A stretch of DNA of 64,000 bases from a bacterium (GCA_021818465.1 JAKAEA010000002.1:31882-95881), one strand, 5' to 3'. Counted from the first letter of the stretch, positions 17,667 to 29,875 are shown. Notes: a model not told the origin generated them from the sequence alone. Numbers and translations: made by a program.

Positions 17667-18500
17667 TCATCGAAATGTGACGGTGGAAAGAATTTGATAG
17701 AACAGTGTGGAAAGTTGACTTTCAAAAGTCTGATTAATTTGATTCATTTTTTGAAATGCTTGTTGACTTGGAGCATAGACGCCCGGATCAGTTACCGCTG
17801 CTTGTAAATCGAATTGATAACAGGTGTTGTGCTGGTACGCAGCAACGAGCGTGCCAAAGGCGCAGCCGCCGGCCCAACAACCGCCATACATATTTGGAAA
17901 CTGATAAAAATTGACGGGCGGCGCGCTTGGCACAGCAGTGGGTGGCACGATGGAAATTTGTGTCGGCGTAGTCGTGGGAACTGAGATGCCTGACGTTGTC
18001 ACACCTTGACTTACCGCATTGGCTGCAGACATACAATCAGCAAATGTTGGTGAGGTGGTTGCGGCAATTACTATCGCTGCTTGGCGTACCGTCGTACTGG
18101 CTGGATATTGCGACGAGGGCAACGTTAAGACAACTGTCGCCGCTGGATTAATTGGTAAAAAACCTTTTATACTTTTTATATCGGCAGGTTTGGTGTACGC
18201 ATGCATAATGCCCGAGGGATAATCAAACGAAAATCCGGCAGCAGCAATAGTGTACGTTCCCCACGACTCTCCGGTACCAATAGGTACCGTACCGGTAGCT
18301 GTTGATGGAATAGAAAATGGTGCGCCGATTTTAACGCGAACACCAGAAACGGTTGCGTAGCTACCAACTGCAGGTTGCGTCGGTGGTACTGATTGCGAGG
18401 ACGGCTTTGACGAAGTTGGTTGTACGGAATTAGTAAGAAACAACCAGCCGAGTAAGATAGCGATGATGACAATAACGAGAATGGCGAGAATTTTTTTCAT
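17667..18500 (-). CDS. Membrane-anchored secreted hypothetical protein (Ser/Thr/Pro-rich)
   Basis: N-terminal TM anchor (MKKILAILVIVIIAILLGWLFL), then a low-complexity S/T/P-rich linker and a Cys-containing C-terminal domain. Confidence 0.45.
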   Translation of the reverse strand: MKKILAILVIVIIAILLGWLFLTNSVQPTSSKPSSQSVPPTQPAVGSYATVSGVRVKIGAPFSIPSTATGTVPIGTGESWGTYTIAAAGFSFDYPSGIMHAYTKPADIKSIKGFLPINPAATVVLTLPSSQYPASTTVRQAAIVIAATTSPTFADCMSAANAVSQGVTTSGISVPTTTPTQISIVPPTAVPSAPPVNFYQFPNMYGGCWAGGCAFGTLVAAYQHNTCYQFDLQAAVTDPGVYAPSQQAFQKMNQINQTFESQLSTLFYQILSTVTFR

Positions 18501-18512
18501 ATACCTATCATA

Positions 18513-19409
18513 TTACGAATGTTCTTGGCCTCGCAAGATAGCGATACGTTTAGCAATTGGCGGATGCGTGCTGAACAAGTTAGAAATATGACGGCCAACC
18601 TTACCAAATGGATTAGCAATAAAAAGATGTGCTGTAGCTTCGTTTGCGTCACGCATTGGCTGAGCATGGGCGCCAATTTTTTCCAACGCACTCGCTAAAC
18701 CTTCTGGATAGCGCGTGAGCAGCGCACCAGAAGCATCAGCAAGGTATTCGCGATGACGAGAAACCGCAAGCTGAATCAACGTCACAGCAATGGGTGAAAG
18801 AATCGCCAACACCAAACCAATAATAATAAAAATCTGATTGTTGTTCCCGCGGCTGCGCCCTCCCCCTAAACCGCCAAAGAATGATGCCTGTAAAAAGAAG
18901 TGAGCCAACAAACTTACGAAGCCAACCAGCACCACTACAATAGTAGACAGCAGAATGTCGCGATTCTTAACGTGTGAAAGTTCGTGTGCAATGACACCCT
19001 CCAATTCTGTTTGGTTGAGTATCTGCAATAAGCCGGCGGTTACCACCACTGCCGAATGCTCTTTGTTGCGACCAGTGGCAAATGCATTAGGGGCCGGATC
19101 AGGAATAATGTATATTTTGGGCGTCGGAATACCAGCGGTAATAGCCAAATTTTCTACTGTATTGTATAACGCCGGATTGGTATCGTGCGTCACTACTTGT
19201 GCCTTATAGTGCGCCAAAATAATTTTGTCAGAATACCAATAGCTCGTAATGTTCATAACCAACGCAAAAGCAATGGCGACATAGAGAATTATAGGACTCT
19301 GAAATGCTTCAGCAAACACAAAACCGATACCAATCACCACCACTAAAAAAGCGGTTAGTATAAACCAGGTTTTCCAAATATTGCGCGATTGCTGTTTGTA
19401 GATATCCAT
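18513..19409 (-). CDS. htpX: Zinc metalloprotease HtpX (M48 family)
   Basis: HELSHV zinc-binding motif, downstream EYLADASGA motif and 4 TM helices. Confidence 0.85.
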   Translation of the reverse strand: MDIYKQQSRNIWKTWFILTAFLVVVIGIGFVFAEAFQSPIILYVAIAFALVMNITSYWYSDKIILAHYKAQVVTHDTNPALYNTVENLAITAGIPTPKIYIIPDPAPNAFATGRNKEHSAVVVTAGLLQILNQTELEGVIAHELSHVKNRDILLSTIVVVLVGFVSLLAHFFLQASFFGGLGGGRSRGNNNQIFIIIGLVLAILSPIAVTLIQLAVSRHREYLADASGALLTRYPEGLASALEKIGAHAQPMRDANEATAHLFIANPFGKVGRHISNLFSTHPPIAKRIAILRGQEHS

Positions 19410-20006
19410 TTAGAAACGTACTTGTGGTGCGGTGCGAGCAGCTTGGTCATCGGCGTTTTCACCGAGTTCAAAAAATTCCATTTTTTGAAAGTGGAACGAG
19501 GTAGCAATAATATTTGAAGGAAAACGTTGCATGCGAATAGCAAGATCGCGGACATTGGTGTTATAGAAACGACGTGCCGCTTGAATTTTATTTTCCGTAT
19601 CGGTGAGTTGCGCCTGCAAATCCAAGAAATTTTGATTGGCTTTAAGGTCGGGATAATTTTCCGCAACGGCAAAGAGTGATTTCAGTGTGCCAGATAGCAT
19701 ATTTTCAGCTTGAGATTTTCCAGCCACACCCGTTGCTCCCATCGCAGCCGTGCGCGCATCGGTGACATTTTGGAATGTTGTTTTTTCGTGAGCAGCATAC
19801 CCTTTAACGGAGTTGACAAGATTGGGAATGAGATCATATCGACGCTTCAGTTGAACATCAATATCAGCCCACGACTCCTGAGCGCGATTAGTGAGCGTCA
19901 CAAGACCGTTAAATGAAATAATAATCCATATAAGAACAGCAACAACCAAACCTAAAATAATATAGAGGGTAATCATATATAGTACGTAATTAAAACGTGC
20001 CCTCAA
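19410..20006 (-). CDS. lemA: LemA-family membrane protein
   Basis: N-terminal TM; the segment ESWADIDVQLKRRYDLIPNLVNSVKGYAAHEKTTFQNVTDAR matches LemA. Abuts htpX with no gap, the usual lemA-htpX pair. Confidence 0.85.
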   Translation of the reverse strand: MRARFNYVLYMITLYIILGLVVAVLIWIIISFNGLVTLTNRAQESWADIDVQLKRRYDLIPNLVNSVKGYAAHEKTTFQNVTDARTAAMGATGVAGKSQAENMLSGTLKSLFAVAENYPDLKANQNFLDLQAQLTDTENKIQAARRFYNTNVRDLAIRMQRFPSNIIATSFHFQKMEFFELGENADDQAARTAPQVRF

Positions 20007-20024
20007 TTGTACTACAATCTTTCT

Positions 20025-22364
20025 TTAATGACTATTGACGTACTCAATGGTGCTAGGACCAAAGAAACCAGTACCAACAGTGAGACCGCTAGGATGTAAG
20101 ATTGCAATAGCATGGGCATTTTGAAATGCAATAAGCGCAGCCTTGGTTTTTGAACCAAAATATTTCGTTTCCCGACCAGACGAACCCGGACCGCTGACCG
20201 CTACGGGAAAACCGTTCGCATTTAAGTATATTTGCAACGCGAGAACGTCCAAACCACGCATACCCTCTTTCAGCCAGCGAGTAAAAAGGTGGGGAGCGGG
20301 TGCGGTGGACGTGGCAACAGTAGGTGTGATTGATGCGTCGAGTGTGGTACTAAGATTTTGAGGGGCATAGTGACACAAAGTTGGATTGTTTGCCACCCAC
20401 GGTTGAAAATTGAGCGCACGCGGATCAGTGCAGCCATATTCAACAGGACCTCCAGCAGCAACCGGTGATCCTGCTACCGTTGCCTGCGCTGGTGCCGCCG
20501 TACCAAAAAGAGCAAAGTCAGAAAAATTAGACGTAGTACAAGTGACCGTATGAGCTGATGTATTAACACTACAGCCAGAAAGAGGCGTCCACGTGCCACT
20601 GTCATAGCGATATATCCAGAGCGACGATGTTTCTAGACTGGCCACATCACTCGGGGCATACGAGAGCGTTACAGTAATAGGCGTACTGAATGTGGAAAGT
20701 GCTGTTGTTTGTTTAATAAGCGCAACAAGATGCACAACAGTATTTCCTGCTTGTTCAAAACCGTTCGGTGTACCAGCAGTAGCAAAAAAATTCGTACTAT
20801 TGAGTTGGTCTGCCTGAAATGTCGCCGACGATGAAGAGGCGGTAAACATTGTCGGGATAGTAAGGGTTACAGCACCTTGTGTGAGTGTACCGCCACCATT
20901 CATGCTGATAATGTTTTGATTGTGCGCAATGATTGCAGCATTTCCAGTACAACCCGCAGTGGTAAATGTCGATGGAGAGCTGGTTGAAGTCTCATTACTT
21001 AAACTGGTACTCACAGCCACAAATTGATATGTCGTGCAAACAGAGAGACCAGAAAGACTCACTGCGTGACGAGTCACACCACCAGTATCATACGTCGGCG
21101 TAGCTGAAGCGACATCAGAACTGACACCAAAAAATATTTGCGATGAACCAGCATTCGCTGTTGACCAAGTAATAGTGGCCGCGTTGGATGTGGTGGAAGC
21201 AGTCACGAAGGCTGGTGCGGCAAGATTATTAATCATGAATGTCACCGCTGACGATGTTGCGTAATTATTAGACGTATCACGAGCCACAGCGAATGCGGTG
21301 TGTGTACCGCTGGAAGTCGCTGTGGTGGTATACAAAATCGTATATGGTGGATTGGTCACTTCACTACCCTCTTTAGTCCCATCAATATAAAACGTCACAC
21401 CCGCCACCGCGACATTGTCGCTTGATGACGCCACCAAAGTCATTGTGCTAGATGTGGCTTCGCCGGAAGTTGGTAAAACAAGTGATACGAGCGGTGGTGT
21501 CGTATCAGGCGGGTTCATGGTATACCAAAAAACATCGTAAGGCCCGTTGCCACCACCCAAGGTATACAAATAGCCCGCTGTGGCATTAGTGGCTAGACCA
21601 TGCATATACCCATCTTGGTTTGTTAGAGCAAATGTCTTGGAGTCATTTGCTGCGGTAGTAATATTCCACGGTGTAGAAAGGGTGTACTGTTCAAGAGACG
21701 CATCACCTGAACTAATACTTTGATGTAACAAATAGAGTGTAGAACCATCGGACGAAAAAGCTGCGCCCAAGATATAACCGCTCGGCTCAGCAATGGATCC
21801 AGTTTGCGAAGCGGTCGTAATGTCCCACGGTGTTGCAAGTGTGTACTCATACATCGTATCTGTATATTCGTTAAAATCGTAGAGCTTCGTACCATCAGAA
21901 CTGAATGTCATTGTGTAATTATTTCCGTAGGGTACCGCCATTGATGCTATTTTTGAAATCGTACTGATATTCCACGGCGTGGAGAGCGTATATTCATCCA
22001 GTATGTCATTATAAAATTCTAGTGCATACATTTTTGTACCATCGGAACTAAAATACAAACCAGTGATGCCATCGGCAACAGCATTACCGCTGCCCGTGTA
22101 CAAAGCAGTCGTGATATCCCACGGCGTAGAGAGCGTATATTCATAAATAGTAGTACCGCTGTAATTACTAGACAGGTACATATGCGTACCATCGGATGAA
22201 AAAGCCAATGACTCGCCGCCATTCGGCAACTGTGACGAAGCAGAAAATGCTTTGTTGGAATAGGTCAACGTGGAAAGATCGGCACGAGCGGCCTGTGGCA
22301 CCAAAAACCATAGACTAGCGAAGGCCATTATCCCCACAACACATGCGACCTGTACCTTTTGCAT
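20025..22364 (-). CDS. Large cell-surface protein: about six beta-propeller-like repeats, Ig-like and FN3-like domains, C-terminal peptidoglycan-binding domain
   Basis: Signal peptide; repeats of the form FSSDGTK(M/L)Y...EYTLSTPW(D/N)ITT; DNVAVAGVTFYIDG Ig-like motif; C-terminal GMRGLDVLALQIYLNANGF...KTKAALIAFQ PG_binding_1-like. The track ORF (to 22574) overlaps the groEL 3' end; the internal Met near 22364 (MQKVQVACVVGIMAFASLW, +/-1 nt) is the likely start. Confidence 0.65.
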   Translation of the reverse strand: MQKVQVACVVGIMAFASLWFLVPQAARADLSTLTYSNKAFSASSQLPNGGESLAFSSDGTHMYLSSNYSGTTIYEYTLSTPWDITTALYTGSGNAVADGITGLYFSSDGTKMYALEFYNDILDEYTLSTPWNISTISKIASMAVPYGNNYTMTFSSDGTKLYDFNEYTDTMYEYTLATPWDITTASQTGSIAEPSGYILGAAFSSDGSTLYLLHQSISSGDASLEQYTLSTPWNITTAANDSKTFALTNQDGYMHGLATNATAGYLYTLGGGNGPYDVFWYTMNPPDTTPPLVSLVLPTSGEATSSTMTLVASSSDNVAVAGVTFYIDGTKEGSEVTNPPYTILYTTTATSSGTHTAFAVARDTSNNYATSSAVTFMINNLAAPAFVTASTTSNAATITWSTANAGSSQIFFGVSSDVASATPTYDTGGVTRHAVSLSGLSVCTTYQFVAVSTSLSNETSTSSPSTFTTAGCTGNAAIIAHNQNIISMNGGGTLTQGAVTLTIPTMFTASSSSATFQADQLNSTNFFATAGTPNGFEQAGNTVVHLVALIKQTTALSTFSTPITVTLSYAPSDVASLETSSLWIYRYDSGTWTPLSGCSVNTSAHTVTCTTSNFSDFALFGTAAPAQATVAGSPVAAGGPVEYGCTDPRALNFQPWVANNPTLCHYAPQNLSTTLDASITPTVATSTAPAPHLFTRWLKEGMRGLDVLALQIYLNANGFPVAVSGPGSSGRETKYFGSKTKAALIAFQNAHAIAILHPSGLTVGTGFFGPSTIEYVNSH

Positions 22365-22449
22365 ACAGAAAATAGTAGCAGACCGGGTAAAAAAATGAAA
22401 AGCTCGGTGGGGATTACACCGAGCTTTTTCAAAATATATGTACGAATTA

Positions 22450-24454
<2,005 letters not shown>

Positions 24455-24488
24455 AATTTTAAATGTTATTACACGCTAGTAAATTGTT

Positions 24489-24541
24489 TTGAGGACTGCA
24501 TTATAATGAGCGAGCCTATTTTTGTCATCTTGCGTCCTCAA
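24489..24541 (-). promoter_or_regulatory. Sigma70-like groES promoter bracketed by an inverted repeat (candidate non-CIRCE operator)
   Basis: On the minus strand: -35 ATGACA (plus 24523-24528), 17-nt spacer, -10 TATAAT (plus 24500-24505). Flanked by TTGAGGACTGCA (24489-24500) and TGCGTCCTCAA (24531-24541), which are inverted repeats at 11 of 12 positions. Confidence 0.4.
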
Positions 24542-24564
24542 TAAAAGCGTGATACTATGCCGCG

Positions 24565-24801
24565 GTGACTACGTTTTCTGTTATCATCCCCTATGTGCAA
24601 ATTGCCCTCGCTGCCATTACGGTAGTGCTTGTCTTACTTCAACAGTCAGACGCTGATTTAGGCGGCGCTTTCGGCGGTAGCGATCTTGCAAGCGCACCGG
24701 CCCACACCCGCCGCGGCGCTGAGCGCGTTCTTTTTTATCTTACTATCGTTGGTGGCGCTCTATTTGCTCTCTCTGTCTTAATCGGTGTACTTGTCGGTTA
24801 G
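24565..24801 (+). CDS. secG: Preprotein translocase subunit SecG
   Basis: VVLVLLQQSDADLGGAFGG core typical of SecG, 2 TM, 78 aa. Confidence 0.7.
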   Translation: MTTFSVIIPYVQIALAAITVVLVLLQQSDADLGGAFGGSDLASAPAHTRRGAERVLFYLTIVGGALFALSVLIGVLVG

Positions 24802-24828
24802 TTTTTTGAACGTTAATTTTATTCCTCT

Positions 24829-26556
24829 ATGCGCGATGTGCGCGCAAAAATTATTGCGAAGATTACACAGGCTATTGTCGGTCTTTCTATCACCGGCCGT
24901 TTTGTATTCGGCGTACTTACCGTTACATGTATCGTTGCTATAGTATGGATGCTTTCTGCTATTAGTTTGCATTTTATTGTCACCATACCTGCATACGGTG
25001 GCACCGTCACGATCGGTTCTGTTGGTAATCCACAACTGATTAACCCTGTGCTCGCGATAAGCACCACAGACAAAGACATGACGACACTGGTGTATTCCGG
25101 GTTAACACGATGGGATCCGCAACGACATACGTTTATTCCTGATCTTGCCGATCATTGGACCGTTTCGCCAGATGGCACAACATACACCTTTACCCTTAAA
25201 AAAGGATTAACGTTTCAAGATGGCACACCACTGACCGCCGACGATGTCGTCTTCACGGTGCATGCTATTCAAAATCCCGCTTTACAAAGTCCACGAGCCG
25301 CAGACTGGGCTGGTATCACCGTTAAAAAAATTGATAGATATACTGTGCAATTTATTTTACCAGCTCCCTATGCGCCATTTATTGAAAACACGACTGTTGG
25401 TATTTTACCCGCCCATCTTTGGAAAAATCTTTCGCCCACAAACTTTCTCAACTCACCCCTCAACAGTATTCCTATTGGATCAGGACCATACGCCGTCGCA
25501 TACATACACTATACGAGAAACAATGTGGCCACCAGTTATGTACTCACGCCGTTTAGCCACTTTGCTCTAGGCCAACCATACATTAGTCACGTTATCGTTC
25601 ATTTCTATCAAGACACCGCTACTGCTTTAACCGCAGCACTCAATCACCAAATAGACGAGCTTGACAGTATCCCTGTCGCCCAAACGACCAAACTTTCTGC
25701 CGCTGGTTTTTCCATAGACCATTTTCCCCTGCCACGCGTATTTGGCATTTTCTTTAATCAAACGCAAAACATTGCGCTCGCCGACCCAGTCGTACGCCAA
25801 GCACTAGCTCTTGCCACTAATCGCACGCCAATCATTCAAACAGTTTTTGGCAACGCGGCACATCCGCTTAACGGCCCCGTACCTGCAGCATTTTTAAATA
25901 TGCCACCCCTACCCACAAGCCCCGCCAGCACGTCGCTAGCCGCCGCTCTTCTTGACAAAGATGGTTGGATCCTTAATACTAATGGTATTAGAGAAAAGAA
26001 GAGAGCCACGGGTACCACGACACTTTCTTTTGCCATCTCCACTGCCGACGCGCCGGAATTAGTAGCAGTCGCCAACCTCCTCGCGAGTCAATGGCGAGCT
26101 ATTGGTGCCGACGTCGCCGTGAAAGTATTCCAAAGCGGGTTTGAAGATCAAGTGATTCAGCCAAGAAATTATGACGCCCTGCTTTTTGGACAAGACGTTG
26201 GTCGGGATTTTGATCTCTATCCGTTTTGGGCATCATCGCAAGTAGCAAACCCAGGTCTCAACATTGCTCTCTATAAAAATCCGACTGCTGATATTTTACT
26301 GAACGATTTACGTGCTACCAGTAGTCCTGAAATTCGCCAGCAAGCATATACTGTGTTTGCCACGATGCTTTCCCAGGATGTGCCTGCCATTTTCCTCTAC
26401 GAACCCGATCTCATTGATGCGCGACGACGTATTCTCGGCGGAAATGTCGGGCCGATTATTGAAGAAAATGAACGACTCAATGACATATACCGCTGGTATG
26501 TACGAACACAAGACGTTTGGAAAATATTTGCCTCCAATGCCACCACCACATCGTAG
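24829..26556 (+). CDS. ABC transporter substrate-binding protein, family 5 (peptide/nickel type), membrane-anchored
   Basis: N-terminal TM anchor; YTFTLKKGLTFQDGTPLTADDVVFTV signature of SBP_bac_5; 575 aa. Confidence 0.75.
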   Translation: MRDVRAKIIAKITQAIVGLSITGRFVFGVLTVTCIVAIVWMLSAISLHFIVTIPAYGGTVTIGSVGNPQLINPVLAISTTDKDMTTLVYSGLTRWDPQRHTFIPDLADHWTVSPDGTTYTFTLKKGLTFQDGTPLTADDVVFTVHAIQNPALQSPRAADWAGITVKKIDRYTVQFILPAPYAPFIENTTVGILPAHLWKNLSPTNFLNSPLNSIPIGSGPYAVAYIHYTRNNVATSYVLTPFSHFALGQPYISHVIVHFYQDTATALTAALNHQIDELDSIPVAQTTKLSAAGFSIDHFPLPRVFGIFFNQTQNIALADPVVRQALALATNRTPIIQTVFGNAAHPLNGPVPAAFLNMPPLPTSPASTSLAAALLDKDGWILNTNGIREKKRATGTTTLSFAISTADAPELVAVANLLASQWRAIGADVAVKVFQSGFEDQVIQPRNYDALLFGQDVGRDFDLYPFWASSQVANPGLNIALYKNPTADILLNDLRATSSPEIRQQAYTVFATMLSQDVPAIFLYEPDLIDARRRILGGNVGPIIEENERLNDIYRWYVRTQDVWKIFASNATTTS

Positions 26557-26581
26557 TAATTAATTATCACCCTATCACATT

Positions 26582-28600
26582 ATGAATACACAACGACCCT
26601 ATTCGAGAGGCCGCGACAACAATCGTCGCCGTTCCAGCTGGATGGAACGACAGCCAGCACGTTCATTCCATCCACGTACCGGTACGTATCAAGCGCCTGA
26701 TATGAAAGCGCCACGTACCGCTACACATATAAGTAATGGCACCAAAAAGACCGCAATCGGACGACCTGCGGGCCGACCGATGCGACGCTCCCGTTTTAAT
26801 ACCGGAGCGCCCCGCTATGGCGGCACAAAATCAAATACCCCTCGATCAACGGAGCAACACGCTCCCAATCGTGATACAGGCGACACCAAAGAAAAGCTTG
26901 TACCCATTCCGCCCATCGGCGATAATTTGCGTATCATTCCCCTCGGTGGCGTAGAAGAAATCGGTCGCAATATGACGGCTATCCAATACCACGATGATAT
27001 TATTATCATTGATGTTGGTATTCAGTTCAGCGATGAAGAAACACCTGGCGTAGATTATATTTTACCGAATATTCGCTATCTTGAAGAAAATAAAGATAAA
27101 ATTCGTGGCGTATTCATCACGCACGGTCACCTCGACCACATTGGCGGTATTCCCTATGTCCTACCCCGCATCGGTAACCCACCAATTTACTGCCGTGAAT
27201 TCGCCGCACTCTTTATTCAAAAACGCCAAGAAGAATTTAGTCATTTGCCACCACTCGTTATTAAGACGGTTAAAAAAAATGATGCGCCGGTTGCTGCTGG
27301 CCCCCATTTTAAAATAAGTTTTTTCGGCTTGACCCACTCTATTCCCGACTCCACTGGCATTATCGTCGACACACCACTTGGTCGCATCATCACGACGGGC
27401 GATGTTCGTGTAGAAAATAACGACGGCGTCCCCGATGATGATGAAATCAGTCAGTATGAGATATTTAAAAAAGATAAAGCCTTGCTTTTGATGATGGATT
27501 CCACCGGCGTCGATCGTCCTGGTTGGACTATTTCTGAAAGTCAGGTTATTAAAAATATTGATGATATCGTTGCCAAAGTTGGCGGTCGCGTTATCATCGC
27601 CACCTTCGCCTCGCAAGTCGAACGCGTCATGGAGTTCATTAAGATTGCCGCAAAATACGATAAAAAAATTGTCATTGAAGGCCGTAGTATGAAAGCCAAC
27701 GTGGCCATCGTTAAGCAATTAGATCTCGTTAAAATGGATCATGTTATTCCCATCGAAGACATTGATACTGTTCCACCACACAAAGTAATGATTATCGCTA
27801 CAGGCGCTCAAGGTGAAGAGTTCGCCGCCCTGATGCGTATTTCTAACCAGACACATAAAAGTATTCGCCTGAATGAAACTGACACGGTTATTCTTTCGTC
27901 GTCCGTCATCCCTGGCAACGAGCGCGCGGTCACGAAATTAAAAGACAATCTCTATCGCCACAACGCGCGCATCATCACCTATCTTGATTCCGATGTGCAC
28001 GCATCCGGTCACGGCAAACGCTCCGAACTTGAGTGGATTCACCGTCAAATTCCCTACACCTTTTTTATTCCCGTTCACGGTCACCACTTTATGCTCAAGA
28101 TGCACGCCGAACTCGCCCGCAGTCTTGGAGCAGAAGCGAAAAATATTATCGTGCCCGACAACGGCTCAGTCATCGAAATTACACCCGAGAGCGCCGAGGG
28201 CGGCCAGAAAATTTTTGTTCGTCCCGAGCGCGCGCCGCATGAAGACATGATTGTGGAAGGCTTTCGCATCGGTGAAGCTCAAGAAGTAGTTATTCGCGAC
28301 CGCCAAGCACTGGCGCAAGACGGCATGTTCGTCTTGATCGCCTCCATCAACGTTGCTAACGGCAAGCTCAAAAAGAGTCCTGACATCATCTCTCGCGGCT
28401 TCGTCTACCTGCGCGAATCACAAGATTTACTCCACCAAACTCGCTGGATCATTAAGAAAACTATTGAGGATGCCACCGTCGGCATGAATCCCATCAACTT
28501 TGATTACGTCAAACAAGCCGTCACCGACGCCGTCTCTAAGTTTCTCTTCCAACAAACCGCCAAGCGACCTATCGTTATTCCGGTGCTATTAGGAGTGTAA
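26582..28600 (+). CDS. rnj: Ribonuclease J (beta-CASP metallo-beta-lactamase) with a 110-aa Arg/Gly-rich disordered N-terminal extension
   Basis: ITHGHLDHIGGIPYVLP motif II, beta-CASP and C-terminal domain. The N-terminus is RGRDNNRRRSSW...GRPAGRPMRRSRFNTGAPRYGG. Confidence 0.88.
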   Translation: MNTQRPYSRGRDNNRRRSSWMERQPARSFHPRTGTYQAPDMKAPRTATHISNGTKKTAIGRPAGRPMRRSRFNTGAPRYGGTKSNTPRSTEQHAPNRDTGDTKEKLVPIPPIGDNLRIIPLGGVEEIGRNMTAIQYHDDIIIIDVGIQFSDEETPGVDYILPNIRYLEENKDKIRGVFITHGHLDHIGGIPYVLPRIGNPPIYCREFAALFIQKRQEEFSHLPPLVIKTVKKNDAPVAAGPHFKISFFGLTHSIPDSTGIIVDTPLGRIITTGDVRVENNDGVPDDDEISQYEIFKKDKALLLMMDSTGVDRPGWTISESQVIKNIDDIVAKVGGRVIIATFASQVERVMEFIKIAAKYDKKIVIEGRSMKANVAIVKQLDLVKMDHVIPIEDIDTVPPHKVMIIATGAQGEEFAALMRISNQTHKSIRLNETDTVILSSSVIPGNERAVTKLKDNLYRHNARIITYLDSDVHASGHGKRSELEWIHRQIPYTFFIPVHGHHFMLKMHAELARSLGAEAKNIIVPDNGSVIEITPESAEGGQKIFVRPERAPHEDMIVEGFRIGEAQEVVIRDRQALAQDGMFVLIASINVANGKLKKSPDIISRGFVYLRESQDLLHQTRWIIKKTIEDATVGMNPINFDYVKQAVTDAVSKFLFQQTAKRPIVIPVLLGV

Positions 28601-28654
28601 AATTTTCTCCTACAATTTCCACGTAGCGTTGTAGAAATCTGTTACAATAGCGAC

Positions 28655-29875
28655 ATGGAAAAACCGCCAGCAATTGCTCTGGAAAATCCGCCCGTTGCCC
28701 TGGAGCAACAGTCCGTAACTCGTCGATCATTCAAGACCATGTACCTGGCGGTTTTTTTGTTGTCCCTGGTCACTGCCGGCACACTCTATATTAACTCCAG
28801 CTATCTGACACAATATTTTTCGGCAGGCTGGATGGAAGCACTCTATATTTTTGCGGCAATCGGCAATATCATCGGGTTAGTAATCGGGCCACGTGTCATT
28901 CGGCGCTGGAGCAATTTTCGTTGTCTACTTACCTATCTGATTGGCGAAACCGTTGCCCTGTTTGGACTGGCGACAATACATAATATCGTCATTGTCGCGC
29001 TCTTGTTTGTGGCGCAGCAAATGCTGCCGCCACTTGTGCTCTTTTCTTTTGACATCGTACTGGAGCACGCCATTGATACTGAGAGTATTACCGGTGGCGT
29101 GCGTTCACTGTATTTAACCGCGAGCAATGCCGCCTATGTTATCGTGCCGTTTTTTGTTGGCACAGTCATCAGTGCGTATTCGTTTCAGGCAGTGTATGCC
29201 ATCACCGGCATCGTCATGGTGCTTGTTGTTATTTTGGCACTCACCCGCTTCAATCGCACAGAGCCACAGCGATTTCGCCAGGTGAATATTTTTGAGAGCA
29301 TCCGCGGTTTCCCCAGTCGAGCAGGCATCCTCGAAGTGTTTGGCAGTGACCTATTGCTACAATCATTTTATGCAATCATGAGCATTTTTCTACCACTATA
29401 TTTGTTGTACGTGATGAAGTTTCCTTGGCAGACTATCGGCTTGATTATTTCAGTGATGCTCATTCCCTTCGTGATTTTCGAAGCGCCGCTCGGGCGAATT
29501 TTTGACTACTTCCGTGTGGAGCGCGACGTGATTATGGTTGGATTTTTTATTATGAGTGTCAGCACGATGATTATGTTTTTCGACAACAGTCACAGTGCCA
29601 TTACGTGGGCGGCGCTTCTTTTTATCGGACGTATTGGTTCCAGTTTTGTGGAAGTCGGTAATGAATATTCATTTTTCCGTCGGGTCAACGACAGTGACGC
29701 TGGATTCATCAGTGTATTTCGATCAACGTTTCCCCTCGCATATATTATCGGGCCGCTCGTACTAGCACTGCTCGGTTCATCATCATCACCACTCGCGCTA
29801 CTGTTGATCGCAGTACTGATGCTCTGCGGCATATTTGTAGCATACCGTTTACCACCACGACCTCGACGCGTTTAA
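28655..29875 (+). CDS. MFS-family transporter
   Basis: About 12 TM helices in two 6-helix halves separated by a basic loop (TRFNRTEPQRFRQ). Confidence 0.65.
   Translation: MEKPPAIALENPPVALEQQSVTRRSFKTMYLAVFLLSLVTAGTLYINSSYLTQYFSAGWMEALYIFAAIGNIIGLVIGPRVIRRWSNFRCLLTYLIGETVALFGLATIHNIVIVALLFVAQQMLPPLVLFSFDIVLEHAIDTESITGGVRSLYLTASNAAYVIVPFFVGTVISAYSFQAVYAITGIVMVLVVILALTRFNRTEPQRFRQVNIFESIRGFPSRAGILEVFGSDLLLQSFYAIMSIFLPLYLLYVMKFPWQTIGLIISVMLIPFVIFEAPLGRIFDYFRVERDVIMVGFFIMSVSTMIMFFDNSHSAITWAALLFIGRIGSSFVEVGNEYSFFRRVNDSDAGFISVFRSTFPLAYIIGPLVLALLGSSSSPLALLLIAVLMLCGIFVAYRLPPRPRRV

Noticed and set aside
27161-27718. 185-aa minus-strand ORF
   Set aside because: Antisense to the RNase J core region; shadow ORF.
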